From Dehalococcoidia bacterium (lineage in GTDB: Bacteria; Chloroflexota; Dehalococcoidia; Bin125), in NCBI GenBank assembly GCA_963662615.2, contig CAXXSR010000001.1, positions 288,001 through 352,000 on the forward strand: 64,000 nucleotides of DNA. Reading direction: 5' to 3'. The notes under the pieces are model-generated. The model made no database searches, was not told the origin of the DNA, and worked only from the letters and a program-made list of their open reading frames with translations. Below, piece after piece: positions 8,690 through 17,586 of this stretch. The number at the start of each line of letters is the position of its first letter. The stretch's first letter is position 1. The translations under genes and the position numbers were made by a program.

Positions 8690-9559
8690 TCAGACTTCCT
8701 TCCCCTCGCCCTCGAGCACGTCGTCAAGAAACTCACGCACGGCTTGTACGAACTCGTCCGGCCTGTCCCCGGCGACGGAGTGACCCGCACCTGCGATGGT
8801 GACCAGCCGCACGACGTCAATTGCGTCGGCGAACCGCTGCGCCTGCTCCTGACTGAGCACGGGGCTCTCGCCGCCGCGGAGCAGCAAGGTCGGGCATCGC
8901 AAGCGGCGGGCCGTCGCCCAGAGGTCCTCGTCGCTGCGGCTGATCCCACGAAAGCCGGCCTCGCGGAAGCGCCGGTCGAACTGCTTGGCCAGCGTGCCCT
9001 CCGCCGTCTCGCGCAGGGGCAGCGCCAGCCGCTCCCGCAGCCGCTCCTGGGAGCGCCAGGGGTAGTAGCGGTGCGTGTGCTCCACCCAGGCATCCAGGCT
9101 CTCCAGCTCGTAGGGGCCGGCGACAAACCGCCGCACCGCCTCGGCGCCGTCCAGGTTGACCTCCGGTCCCACGTCGGCCAGGACCAGCGCCCGGACGGCC
9201 TGCGCTCTTTGCGCGGCGACGGTCATGGCGACGATCCCGCCCATGCTGTGGCCCAGCAGCACCGGTCGCTCCAGCGCCAGCGCCTCCATGATCCCCGTAG
9301 CGTCGCGGACCATGGTGTCGCGGTCGTAATCCTCTGGTCGCTGGGCCCAATCGGAGAGGCCGTGGCCGCGCTGGTCAATCGCCCGCAGGCGGAGGCGGTC
9401 GCGGAGGCGGGGCGCCACCTCGTCCCAGGAGTGGCAGTTCAGCGCGAAGCCGTGCAGCGCCAGGGCCGCAACCGGCGCGTCTCCCCCCCAATCCAGGTAG
9501 TGCAGGTTGAGGCCGTTGACCTCCACCGTCCCGTCCGCGGGTTGAACGGCTGCGGGCAC
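8690..9559 (-). CDS. Alpha/beta-fold hydrolase
   Basis: LHGF oxyanion motif, DQRGHGLS, nucleophile elbow GHSMGG, C-terminal AGH; AGGAGG RBS before GTG at 9559. Confidence 0.92.
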   Translation of the reverse strand: MPAAVQPADGTVEVNGLNLHYLDWGGDAPVAALALHGFALNCHSWDEVAPRLRDRLRLRAIDQRGHGLSDWAQRPEDYDRDTMVRDATGIMEALALERPVLLGHSMGGIVAMTVAAQRAQAVRALVLADVGPEVNLDGAEAVRRFVAGPYELESLDAWVEHTHRYYPWRSQERLRERLALPLRETAEGTLAKQFDRRFREAGFRGISRSDEDLWATARRLRCPTLLLRGGESPVLSQEQAQRFADAIDVVRLVTIAGAGHSVAGDRPDEFVQAVREFLDDVLEGEGKEV

Positions 9560-9797
9560 TGACCATCCTCCTAGGCAGAACAGCCTCCGAGACGGAACGG
9601 CCTCCTGGAGGGAGCGCCGCCGCCCGTCCATTATCCCGGCTCTCATCATTGCCGGCGCCCGCCAGTCCGGGCACCGTATTTTGGGCGCATTCGCCCTTGC
9701 GATCCTCCAGGGCGCCGTCTACCTTCCTCAGCGACCCGAGCCGCGCGCTTGCGGGAATCGTCGCCCGCCCGAGGGATCACGAGCCAACCTGCCGCAC

Positions 9798-10835
9798 ATG
9801 CCCACCGCCCCCTTCGCCGACGCTCTCACCCCCGACGCGGACGTGCATCCCCACCGCAACAAGCTCATGACCGCGCGAGAGGCGGTCGATCGGTTCGTGG
9901 ATGACGGCGACGTCGTCTACACCGGCTACAGCACGCAGGTCCCCTACGCCCTCACGCACGAGATCATCCGCCGGCGCCGGCGCAATCTGGATGTGGTGGG
10001 CGCCTCCCTGGGCCCGCAGGTGACCCAGCTCGTCCTGGCGGGCTGTTGCAGCCGCGTCCGCACCGGCTACATCTCCGGCGCCCTTCGCCCCGGGCCGCTG
10101 ACGGAGATGATGGCGAGCGGCGCGCTGCAGTTCGAGGATTACAGCAACGGCGCCATCGCCGTCATGCTGATGGCGGGGGCGATGGGATTTCCCTTCGTGC
10201 CGATGAAGTGGTTCCTGGGCAGCGACTACCTCAAGCCCGAGAACCGGGCCCACGCCGCCTCCTTCCTGGGCGAGGCGAAGTGGCGCGTGATCGATTCGCC
10301 CTTCGACGGCGACCGCTACCTCGCCTTGCCCGCCCTGCGACCGGACGTCACGATGATGCACTTCCAACGGGCCGACGTGTACGGCAACGTCCAGGGCTGG
10401 GGCGCCCTCGGCGATGCCCGCTGGGCGCTCTGGGCGGCCGAGAAGGTGATCGTGTCGGTGGAGGAGATCGTGCCCACGGCCGTCGTCCGCCGCGACCCCA
10501 GCCGGACCCTGGTGCCGGGCGCGCGCGTGGCCGCGGTGGTGCACGCGCCTGGGGGCGCGCATCCGACGGCCGTGGCGGGGTACTACGACAGTGACTACTC
10601 CTTCATTCGCCTGGCCGCGCTCGCCTACGAGGGACGGGATCAATTCGACGCCTTTGCCGCGGAGTGGATCTACGGCCGGCCCGACCGCGCCGCCTACATG
10701 GGCCACCTGCGAGAGCGGTTCGGCGATGCTTGGATTGCCAACATCACCCCGGCGCCGCCGCTCCCACCTCTCGCTCCGATTGACTACAGCTTTGCCCCGC
10801 ACTTGGGTTGGATGGACGACCCTGAAGGCGAGTAG
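9798..10835 (+). CDS. Family I CoA-transferase subunit A (GctA/CatI-like)
   Basis: KLMTAREAVDRFVDDGD, LMAGAMGFPFVP..LGSD, ALPALRPDV, QRADVYGNV, VSVEEIV motifs; start uncertain. Confidence 0.88.
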   Translation: MPTAPFADALTPDADVHPHRNKLMTAREAVDRFVDDGDVVYTGYSTQVPYALTHEIIRRRRRNLDVVGASLGPQVTQLVLAGCCSRVRTGYISGALRPGPLTEMMASGALQFEDYSNGAIAVMLMAGAMGFPFVPMKWFLGSDYLKPENRAHAASFLGEAKWRVIDSPFDGDRYLALPALRPDVTMMHFQRADVYGNVQGWGALGDARWALWAAEKVIVSVEEIVPTAVVRRDPSRTLVPGARVAAVVHAPGGAHPTAVAGYYDSDYSFIRLAALAYEGRDQFDAFAAEWIYGRPDRAAYMGHLRERFGDAWIANITPAPPLPPLAPIDYSFAPHLGWMDDPEGE

Positions 10836-10884
10836 CGGAGACGTTGCCCCAGCTCTTCGCAGACCGGATCACGACCCCGCGCCC

Positions 10885-11694
10885 ATGAGCGACGACTACG
10901 CCCTGCCCGAGTTGATGACCATTGAGGCGGGCCGCCGCCTGGGCGAGACAGAGTCCGTGATGGTGGGCCTGGGCCTGCCGGTCCTGGCGGCGACCGTGGC
11001 CAAGCTGACGCGTCGGCCCCACTTCGTCTTCAACACGGAGGTGGGCGCATTCGACTGGGAGCCGGACCCGGCGGCGATCACGCGCGCTCCCATTGGCATC
11101 TCGGACATCAATCTGAACGTGGGTGCGGGCATGGTGTCGGACATGCAGGACGCGCTGGGCGCCTGGGGCCACGGCGGCAAGGTGGACTGCGCCTTCCTCA
11201 CCGCCGCCCAGGTCGATCGGTACGGCAACACCAACACCCTCGTCATCGGCGACTACGCCTCGCCGCGGCGACGGCTCGCCGGGACCGGCGGCAACGCGGA
11301 TCTGGCCTGCACGGCCAAGTGCGCCGTCGTCATCATGTCGCTGGAAGCGCGACGTTTTGTGGAACGGGTCGACTTCATCAGCTCGCCTGCCTACATCGAC
11401 GGCCCCGGCGCCCGTGGGCGCGCCGGCCTGGCGCCGCAGGGCCCGAACGTCGTGGTCAGCACCATGGGCGTCTTCGGCTTCGACACCGCGGACGGCGGGC
11501 GGACCGGCTCCTGCGAGATGGTCCTGACGGACCTCTTCCCCAACGTGGAGGTATCGACGATCCAGGCGATCATCCCCTGGGAGCTGAAGGTCGCCGACGA
11601 GGTCGGCGTCGTGGAGCCGCCGTCGCCGGAAGAGCTGGACTGGCTCCGTCGCCTCGACTCGCTGGGCTGGTACCTCCGCGAGGGGCGGTACTAG
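10885..11694 (+). CDS. Family I CoA-transferase subunit B (GctB/CatJ-like)
   Basis: VGLGLP, catalytic-region TEVG, AAQVDRYGNTN, GTGGNAD, FVERVDFISSP motifs. Confidence 0.88.
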   Translation: MSDDYALPELMTIEAGRRLGETESVMVGLGLPVLAATVAKLTRRPHFVFNTEVGAFDWEPDPAAITRAPIGISDINLNVGAGMVSDMQDALGAWGHGGKVDCAFLTAAQVDRYGNTNTLVIGDYASPRRRLAGTGGNADLACTAKCAVVIMSLEARRFVERVDFISSPAYIDGPGARGRAGLAPQGPNVVVSTMGVFGFDTADGGRTGSCEMVLTDLFPNVEVSTIQAIIPWELKVADEVGVVEPPSPEELDWLRRLDSLGWYLREGRY

Positions 11695-11742
11695 CGCGCC
11701 GCGCCGCGTTGCGCAATCAGGCGGCTGCGCGATGATGAACGC

Positions 11743-12270
11743 GTGCCACCGGACAGCGCCGTCCCCAACTACCTCCACCTGCCCGACGCGGATCTGCTCA
11801 AACAGTGCCGGGTGGAGACGTTCCGTGTCTCCGGCCCCGGCGGCCAGAAGCGCAACAAGACGGACTCAGCGGTGCGCCTGACGCATGGCGGGACGGGCCT
11901 GACCGCGCAGGCGTTCGAGAGTCGCTCGCAGCACCAGAACCGGAGCCGGGCCCTGGGCCGCCTGCGCGAGGCGATCGCGATCACGGTGCGCCGGCCGGTT
12001 GATCTCGAAGGCTACGCGCTGCCGCCGGAACTGGAAGCGATTCTGCCCGTGACGAAACGAAATCGGCTGGGGCCCAAGCATCGGGACTACTGGCAGGGCG
12101 TGCAGGCGCTGCTGGACCTCTTCGTCGCCGTGGACTGCTCGCTGTCGCAGACGGCCGAGCGGGTCGGCATGAGCAGCGGCGCCCTGGCTCGGTTTCTCCT
12201 TGCCGATCCGCGCTTGATCCGCGCGGTCAACGAATTGCGCGGGGCGCGGGGGCTGGTACCCCTGCGCTAG
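11743..12270 (+). CDS. Peptide chain release factor-like protein (RF-1/GGQ domain, ArfB/PrfH-like) with C-terminal helical extension
   Basis: FRVSGPGGQKRNKTDSAVRLTH...ESRSQHQNR..AL.RL. Confidence 0.88.
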   Translation: MPPDSAVPNYLHLPDADLLKQCRVETFRVSGPGGQKRNKTDSAVRLTHGGTGLTAQAFESRSQHQNRSRALGRLREAIAITVRRPVDLEGYALPPELEAILPVTKRNRLGPKHRDYWQGVQALLDLFVAVDCSLSQTAERVGMSSGALARFLLADPRLIRAVNELRGARGLVPLR

Positions 12271-12280
12271 TCACGGCGCG

Positions 12281-13678
12281 TTATTCGTGGCGCGCCGGCG
12301 CGCCTGCGTGCGCCAGCAAGGCCTTGGCTGCGGCGTGCCCACTGCGAACCGCGGACTCCATCGTGGCCGGCCACTCGGTATCGGTCCAGGCGCCCGCCAG
12401 CAGGAGGTTCGGCACCGACGTGACCGGCTGGGGGCGTCGCGAGGCCGTGCCGGGCAGCGGCCGAAAGGTCGCCTCCGGCTCCTTCACGACGCGCCAGCGC
12501 AGCACCTTGGCGTCGCGCGCGTCGGGCAGGGCGCGTCGCAGACCGGCGATGGCCGCCTCGGCGATGGCCGCCTGCGGCATCGTCGCCTCGCGATGCGCGC
12601 CGCTCAGGGAGCACGCCAGCCACTGTCCCTGCCCCTCCCGCCCCAGAATGCGGCTGCGGTTGAACACGTACTGCACGGCCGGGTCCAACACCACGACGAA
12701 CTCCTCCGCCAGCACGGGCCGATCCCACTCCACGTGCACGTTGACGATGGGCGCGAACTCAAACGTGCTCAGATCCTTGAAGCCGGAGCGGTGGCGCCAC
12801 CTCTCCGGCAACAGCAGAACCGCCCCGTTCGGCGGCAGGGCCAGCACGACGCCGTCGGCCGGAATTTGCTCGCCGCCGGCAAGCCGAACGCCGGTGACGC
12901 GATCGTCGTCGCACGTCAGCGCCTCCACACCGCGGCCCAGGCGGGCCTCGCCGCCCGCGGCCTGGAACTGTCGCAGCGCGGTCTCGGCGATGTGCGACAG
13001 CCCCGCCGTCGCTATGCCGATGTCGGCGCCGTGCGCGTCCTGGAACAGTCCCACCTGAAAGACCATCAGCGCCTGTTGGGCGCTGATCTGGTCGGCCGCG
13101 TCGTTACAGGTGGGCAGAACGATGAGGTCCCAGAACCGCTCGATTACCCGATCCGACTGCCCGTGGGCGCGCAGCCAGTCGCCGAAGGAGACGCCGTCCA
13201 GTTTCCGGCGCCCCTTCGCGCCCATGCGCCTGATGGGGAGCGCGGCCCGTCCCAGGCGGAGCTTCTCGGGCCAGGTCAGGTGCGCCGAGCGCAGGATGGA
13301 CCAGCCCAGGTTCAGGGGCGCGGGCAGCCACGGCGGCCACGACTCAATGGCGGATCGCCGGCCCGTCCGAGGATCGAGCACGGGCAGGCGGAGTCGCCGC
13401 TGCAGCCGCACGCTGTCGTGCAGGCCCAGCCGCTCGATGAGGGCGCGGTAGGCGGTGCAGCAGCGCAGGTAGACGTGTTGGCCATTATCCAGCTCCATGC
13501 CGGTGGTGCTGTCCATGAAGGAGTAGGTCTTGCCGCCCACGTAGGGGCGCTTCTCGATCAGGACGGTGCGGACGCCGGCATCGGCCAGATCGAGGGCGGC
13601 CGTGAGGCCGGCCAGGCCGCCCCCCACCACCACGACCGGCGCCGCCGTGCCGTCTAGTTGAGGCGTCGCTGGGGCCAC
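12281..13678 (-). CDS. hpnE: Hydroxysqualene dehydroxylase (FAD-dependent)
   Basis: VVVVGGGLAGLTAA FAD motif, DNGQHV, LAGAWTDTEWPATMESAVRSG; follows hpnC-hpnD; GTG start overlaps the hpnD end. Confidence 0.9.
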   Translation of the reverse strand: MAPATPQLDGTAAPVVVVGGGLAGLTAALDLADAGVRTVLIEKRPYVGGKTYSFMDSTTGMELDNGQHVYLRCCTAYRALIERLGLHDSVRLQRRLRLPVLDPRTGRRSAIESWPPWLPAPLNLGWSILRSAHLTWPEKLRLGRAALPIRRMGAKGRRKLDGVSFGDWLRAHGQSDRVIERFWDLIVLPTCNDAADQISAQQALMVFQVGLFQDAHGADIGIATAGLSHIAETALRQFQAAGGEARLGRGVEALTCDDDRVTGVRLAGGEQIPADGVVLALPPNGAVLLLPERWRHRSGFKDLSTFEFAPIVNVHVEWDRPVLAEEFVVVLDPAVQYVFNRSRILGREGQGQWLACSLSGAHREATMPQAAIAEAAIAGLRRALPDARDAKVLRWRVVKEPEATFRPLPGTASRRPQPVTSVPNLLLAGAWTDTEWPATMESAVRSGHAAAKALLAHAGAPARHE

Positions 13679-14601
13679 GCGCCGCCGATCCAGAGCCGCA
13701 AGAGGAGGAAGAGCCGCCTGCGCGTGGAGAGGCTCACGCGCTCGCTGTAGACGTCGTAGTCGCGATCGATGATCGCGTCCAGGATGCCACGGTAGACGCC
13801 CTGGAGGCCGTTGCAGCACATGCGGCTGCGGCGATCGTCCAGCAGGGGGAGGAGGCGCAAGCCGCCTTCGTAGAGCGCCAGCGCCCGCCGGGCGTATTCC
13901 TGCATCAAGCGGCGAAAGGCGTCGTTGTAGACGCCCGCCTTGAGATCCTCTTCTGAGTAGCCGAAGGCGCGCAGATCCTCCAGCGCCAGGTAGATGCGGT
14001 CGCGCTGGGCGTCCTCCTTGACGTCGCGCATGATGTTGGTGACCTGCATCGCTTTGCCCATATCGATCGCCGCCGCCACGGCCTCGTCGCGACGGCTGTG
14101 GTCGTAGCCGAAAATCTCCGTGCAGATCAACCCGATCACCGAGGCCGCCCGATAGCAGTACGCCTCCAGCTCGGCGTAATCGCGGAAGCGGGTCTGAGCG
14201 ATGTCTTGCTCCATTCCCGCCATCAGGTCCAGGAAGTAGCGCCGGGGAATGTCGTAGCGACTGACCGCGTCCGCCAAGGCGATCTCCAGCCAGGCGTCGC
14301 CCTCCCGCGGCGAAGGGGCGCCGTCGTAGGCGCGGGCGAGCAGTTCGTGGGCGCGCCGCAGGCGTGCGCCCCGTTCGGCGGCGTCGCCCGCCTCGTCGAC
14401 GGCGTCGTCGACCGTGCCGGCGAACGCATAGGCGGCGTAGATGGCGTTGCGCTTTCGTTTGGGGAGGGAAACGAAGGCGTAGTAGAAGTTGGTGGCACGC
14501 CGTTTTGTGAAGGCGCGGCAGGCGGCGTAGGCCTGCTGTAGCGTCAACGGCTGCGACTGCGCGGTGATGGACGCCGCCCGATCACCCGTCGCGCCGGTCA
14601 T
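13654..14601 (-). CDS. hpnD: Presqualene diphosphate synthase
   Basis: ATNFYYAF..LP, YAFAGTVDDAVD, YCYRAASVIG, QVTNIMRDVKEDAQRDRIYL (squalene/phytoene synthase fold). Confidence 0.88.
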   Translation of the reverse strand: MTGATGDRAASITAQSQPLTLQQAYAACRAFTKRRATNFYYAFVSLPKRKRNAIYAAYAFAGTVDDAVDEAGDAAERGARLRRAHELLARAYDGAPSPREGDAWLEIALADAVSRYDIPRRYFLDLMAGMEQDIAQTRFRDYAELEAYCYRAASVIGLICTEIFGYDHSRRDEAVAAAIDMGKAMQVTNIMRDVKEDAQRDRIYLALEDLRAFGYSEEDLKAGVYNDAFRRLMQEYARRALALYEGGLRLLPLLDDRRSRMCCNGLQGVYRGILDAIIDRDYDVYSERVSLSTRRRLFLLLRLWIGGAWPQRRLN

Positions 14602-15515
14602 CAGGCGCCGGCCCAGCGCTGCGCGAGCGCGCGCAGCGCGAGCCAGGCCTTCCGCTGGCGGGAGATCGTGGGCCGGTGCGTCAGCACGTCGTAGTTCTGC
14701 CGTTCAATGGCCCGCAGGACGGCGCGCCCGCCCGCCGTGAAGAGTTGGAGGTCGATGCGCAAGTCCCGATCGACCAGATCAGCCAGCGGCTCGCCGCGGC
14801 GGAAGAGCGCCTCGGCCCGGTCGACCTGGAACTGCATGAGGGCGCGAAAGTTGGCGTCGCACTGCTGCGCCGGGATCTGCTCCTCGCGCACGCCGAAGCG
14901 GTCAAGGTCCTCCAGCGGCAGGTACATGCGCCCGGCGGCGTAGTCGCGCGCCACGTCCTGCCAGTGGTTGGCGAGCTGCAGCGCCGTGCAGGTGGCGTCC
15001 GACAGCGCCCTGCGGTCTGCGTCCGTGTGGCCAAAGAGCGCCAGCACCATCTGCCCCACGGGATTGGCGGAATACTCGCAGTATCCCAGCACGTCCTGAA
15101 AGGTTGCGTAGCGACCTTGCCGTTGATCGCGCCGGTTCGCCTCGATCAGGCGGAGGAACGGTTCCGGCTCCAGCGGATGCGTGCGCGCCACCGCACCCAG
15201 GGCCCGGGTGATGGGATGCCGTCCTCGCTCATCGAAGGCGCGGCGCAGATCCGCTTCCCATTCGTCCAGGAGCGCCTCGCGATCGCCGGGGGCCTCGTCG
15301 CCCAGGTCGTCGGTGAAGCGGCAAAAGGCGTAGACCACGTACATGGGGGAGCGCAGCCGCCTGGGGAGGAACCACGAGACGACGGTGAAGTTTTCGGAGT
15401 GGCGCTTGGCGTAGCGCTGGCACCAGCGCGCGGCGGTCCCGGCATCGGTGGGCGCGAGAGCGTAGCCCGCCTCGATCACGTTCGGCGCCGTCGCGACCAT
15501 GTCCGCCCGCTTCAT
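14601..15515 (-). CDS. hpnC: Squalene synthase HpnC (hydroxysqualene synthase)
   Basis: HSENFTVVSWFLP, YAFCRFTDDLGDE, YCEYSANPVG, CTALQLANHWQDV are HpnC-type motifs; start uncertain (15500, 15515 or 15632). Confidence 0.9.
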   Translation of the reverse strand: MKRADMVATAPNVIEAGYALAPTDAGTAARWCQRYAKRHSENFTVVSWFLPRRLRSPMYVVYAFCRFTDDLGDEAPGDREALLDEWEADLRRAFDERGRHPITRALGAVARTHPLEPEPFLRLIEANRRDQRQGRYATFQDVLGYCEYSANPVGQMVLALFGHTDADRRALSDATCTALQLANHWQDVARDYAAGRMYLPLEDLDRFGVREEQIPAQQCDANFRALMQFQVDRAEALFRRGEPLADLVDRDLRIDLQLFTAGGRAVLRAIERQNYDVLTHRPTISRQRKAWLALRALAQRWAGA

Positions 15516-15593
15516 GTCGGAAGCCGTGGCGCCGGCTCCCTCGGCCGGAGAGGCGGCGCTTTCGCGCGATTGTACGCCATGGGCGTGGGCCTC

Positions 15594-15640
15594 GGTTGCA
15601 GACCGTGGTTGCGGACCGTGGTTGCGAACCATGGTTGCGG
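15594..15640. repeat. 13-bp tandem repeat x3.5 between shc and hpnC
   Basis: GGTTGCAGACCGT / GGTTGCGGACCGT / GGTTGCGAACCAT / GGTTGCGG. Confidence 0.85.
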
Positions 15641-15654
15641 CTCGGGGGCGGCCG

Positions 15655-17586
15655 TCAGCGCCGGCCCAGAGCGCGGGCGTAGCGCCCCAGCGCCATGAGC
15701 GGGAAGTAGTGCCGGTAGAGGTGGTAGTTGATCATGAAGTCCGCCGGGAAGCCGGTGCCGGTGAACTGCGGCTCGTCCCAGGTCCCGTCCGGCCGTTGGC
15801 GCGCGATCAGGTACTGGACGCCGCGCGCCGCCGCGGCCGAGCCGTCCTCTCCCGCGGCGATCAGCGCCAGCAGCGCCCAGGCGGTCTGCGAGGGCGTGGA
15901 GGGGCCGCCGCCGCGCAGTTCGGGGTTGGCGTACGTCTCGCAGCCTTCGCCCCAACCACCGTCCTCAAGCTGGTGCCGTTCCAGCCAGCTCACGGCTCGG
16001 CGAACGGCGGGCTGCGTCATGGATTCACCCAGCGCCTCCAGCGCCGGCAGGACGGCGCCGAGGCCGTAGATGTAGTTCACGCCCCAGCGGCCCCACCAGG
16101 AACCGTCCGCCTCCTGCAGGTCGTAGAGGAAGCGGAGCGCTCGCGCCGCCGGCGGGTATTCGCCGGCGTAGCCCAGCCGGCCCAGCAGCTCCAGCGCGTG
16201 GGCGGTCACGTCCGCGGTGGGCGGGTCCAGCGTGGCGCCGAAGTCGGCGAACGGGATCTGGGTCAAAAAGCGGCGCGTGTTGTCGACGTCGAACGAGCCC
16301 CAGCCGCCGTTGTGCGACTGCATGGAGAGCGTCCAGCGCAGCCCCCGCTCGATCGCGCGGCGGGCGGCCGCCGGCTCCGCCGGCTCCATACCGTCGAGCG
16401 CCAGCATCACCACCGCCGCGTCGTCGACGTCGGGGTAGGTCTCGTTGTCGAATTCGAACGCCCACCCGCCCGGGGGCGTGTTCGGATTCTTCACCTGCCA
16501 GTCGCCGCCGGTGAACACCTGTTGGCGGAGCAGCCACGTCCCCGCCTTGGTCAGGGAGGGGTGGTCGCGTTCCAGGCCGGCGTCCAACAGCGCCAGCGCG
16601 GCCAGGGCGGTGTCCCACACGGGGGAGAGGCAGGGCTCCGTCCAGAGCATCCCCGCCTCTTCCCGAGTGAACGTCTCGAAGCCCTTGAGCGCCTTCTGGA
16701 GAACGGGATGATCGAGCGGGTAGCCCAACGCGCGCAGCGCCAGAATGGCGTAGACCCAGGGCGGTTGGATGCCGCCCCAGGAGCCGTCCGCTTCTTGCCG
16801 GTCCAGCAGCCAGCGCTCGGCGGCCGCCAGCGACCGTCGCTGGAAGGGCTGGACGTGGTTGCGCTGCAGGAGCCGCAAGCCCTTGTCCAGGCCGTAGAAG
16901 AAGCCTGCCCAGGAGGCGAGATTCGCGGGTCGCGACACGGCGAAGCGGCGACGGTCCGCCGGATCGCTCCAGAGTTCTTGGACGCTCGCGCCGGCGGGCA
17001 AGGTGGCCGTGGGGCGCAGATTGAAGACGACGGTGATCCCCACGATCGTCGCGCGGGCCCAGGAGGCGAATTCGTAGAGATTGACCGGGAACCACGACGG
17101 CAGCAGGTTGACCCACACCGGCATGGCGGGCAGCCGGTCCCAGTCGTACTGATCGAAAAGGGCGAGCCAGAGCTTAGTGAACACGCGCGCTTCGGCGATG
17201 CCCCCCTGCGCCAGGATCCACTCGCGCGCCCGCGTCATGTGGGGCGAGGCCGCGTCTTCGCCGGCGAGCTTCAGCGCGAAGTACGCCTCAATGGTGGTGT
17301 TGAGTTCACCGGGCCCGCCGTACCACTGCGACCAGAACCCCTCCGGCCGCTGATGATGACGGAGGTAGCGAGCGATCTTGGCCCATTGCTCGCGATCGCC
17401 AATGCCCAGGTGATGGCTGAGCAGCAGGTATTCGGCGGTGATGGAGACGTTCGCTTCCAGTTCGCCCCACCAGTAGCCGTCGGCGTCCTGCCGGCCCAAC
17501 AGCCACTCACGCGCGCGCTGTATCGCCTCCGCGAGCCGGGGCTCCGCCACAGGGACCGCCGTGGAGGCCGAGGAGCCGTCCGCCAC
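15655..17586 (-). CDS. shc: Squalene-hopene cyclase
   Basis: GGWAFEFDNETYPDVDDAAVV (DXDD acid motif); seven QW-type repeats (QDADGYW, QEADGSW, QSHNGGW, QLEDGGW, QRPDGTW and others); TGTGFP; YRHYFPL. Confidence 0.96.
   Translation of the reverse strand: MADGSSASTAVPVAEPRLAEAIQRAREWLLGRQDADGYWWGELEANVSITAEYLLLSHHLGIGDREQWAKIARYLRHHQRPEGFWSQWYGGPGELNTTIEAYFALKLAGEDAASPHMTRAREWILAQGGIAEARVFTKLWLALFDQYDWDRLPAMPVWVNLLPSWFPVNLYEFASWARATIVGITVVFNLRPTATLPAGASVQELWSDPADRRRFAVSRPANLASWAGFFYGLDKGLRLLQRNHVQPFQRRSLAAAERWLLDRQEADGSWGGIQPPWVYAILALRALGYPLDHPVLQKALKGFETFTREEAGMLWTEPCLSPVWDTALAALALLDAGLERDHPSLTKAGTWLLRQQVFTGGDWQVKNPNTPPGGWAFEFDNETYPDVDDAAVVMLALDGMEPAEPAAARRAIERGLRWTLSMQSHNGGWGSFDVDNTRRFLTQIPFADFGATLDPPTADVTAHALELLGRLGYAGEYPPAARALRFLYDLQEADGSWWGRWGVNYIYGLGAVLPALEALGESMTQPAVRRAVSWLERHQLEDGGWGEGCETYANPELRGGGPSTPSQTAWALLALIAAGEDGSAAAARGVQYLIARQRPDGTWDEPQFTGTGFPADFMINYHLYRHYFPLMALGRYARALGRR

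Noticed and set aside
12281-15515. Carotenoid (crtB/crtI-like) pathway
   Set aside because: HpnC-specific motifs, the paired synthases and direct linkage to shc indicate the HpnCDE squalene route.
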